In this document: in pieces, positions 47,700 to 47,985 of the stretch
Layout: each line of letters begins with the position of its first letter
Numbering within the stretch: the stretch's first letter is position 1
From: Octopus bimaculoides
Taxonomy: Eukaryota
Direction: 5' to 3'
Length of the DNA stretch: 47,985 nucleotides
Assembly: GCF_001194135.2 (NCBI RefSeq)
Contig: NC_069003.1
Location: 22,562,999 to 22,610,983, forward strand
The notes under the pieces: model-generated
Databases searched by the model: none
Told to the model about the DNA's origin: nothing
Seen by the model: only the letters and a program-made list of their open reading frames with translations
Made by a program: the position numbers and the translations under genes

Positions 47700-47985
47700 G
47701 GGATCTTTTTTAAAACGGGGGCCACATTTTTCATTTATGTTTTACGTAGTGTTTTTGGTACCGAAAGACTTTCAAACTTCGTATACTTATCTATTTTGTG
47801 TTATAGAACAGAAAAATATTTTTGTATTCGAATTTATTTCATGTAAAAAATTGTCTTATTTCGATAATTTCAACCAATCACTGACGTCCACTCAGCCGAT
47901 ATACATTAAGTGCCGACTACATAAACAAACGATTCTTCGTTTTATTTGCTTTTTTCATTTTAAATTTGCTTTAACCCTAATCCTA
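47700..47985. repeat. Probable dispersed repeat (possibly a Helitron/Helentron-type non-autonomous element) running off the window
   Basis: Relatively CpG-rich segment with CCAATCACTGACGTC, ending in TAACCCTAATCCTA. The class assignment is inference only. Confidence 0.35.

Noticed and set aside
47971-47985. Telomere
   Set aside because: Only about 2 imperfect TAACCC units at the window edge, more consistent with an internal repeat motif.

Overview
This is an AT-rich, repeat-dense animal genomic window with many N gaps. The SINE, LINE and MITE content looks like Octopus (inferred from recognising the repeat families, not from a database search). There are no prokaryotic features and no CRISPR array. 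Most listed ORFs are artefacts of N runs or microsatellites. Decayed DNA transposons: two copies of one mariner family, a Tc1 (DD34E), a maT-like (DD37D) fragment, a ~2.8 kb piggyBac interrupted by a SINE, and TTAA-type and hAT-type MITEs. Non-LTR fragments: RTE (x3), a HERO-like and an R4/Dong-like restriction-type endonuclease, and a Penelope-like RT. Several tRNA-derived SINE families, mini- and microsatellites and long foldback palindromes are also present. A probable + strand host gene is visible only as small exons: a good 81-nt exon at 35210-35290, a likely terminal exon from 36411, and weaker upstream candidates at 7.2 and 8.5 kb. I cannot identify the protein. The most notable observations are a hammerhead-ribozyme-like motif at ~40.0 kb, a piggyBac 5' intron with palindromic subterminal sites, long inverted repeats that could form dsRNA, a templated insertion with a 17-bp target duplication, and two recursive-splice-like AG|GT sites. 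I see no firm evidence for a novel protein-coding system.
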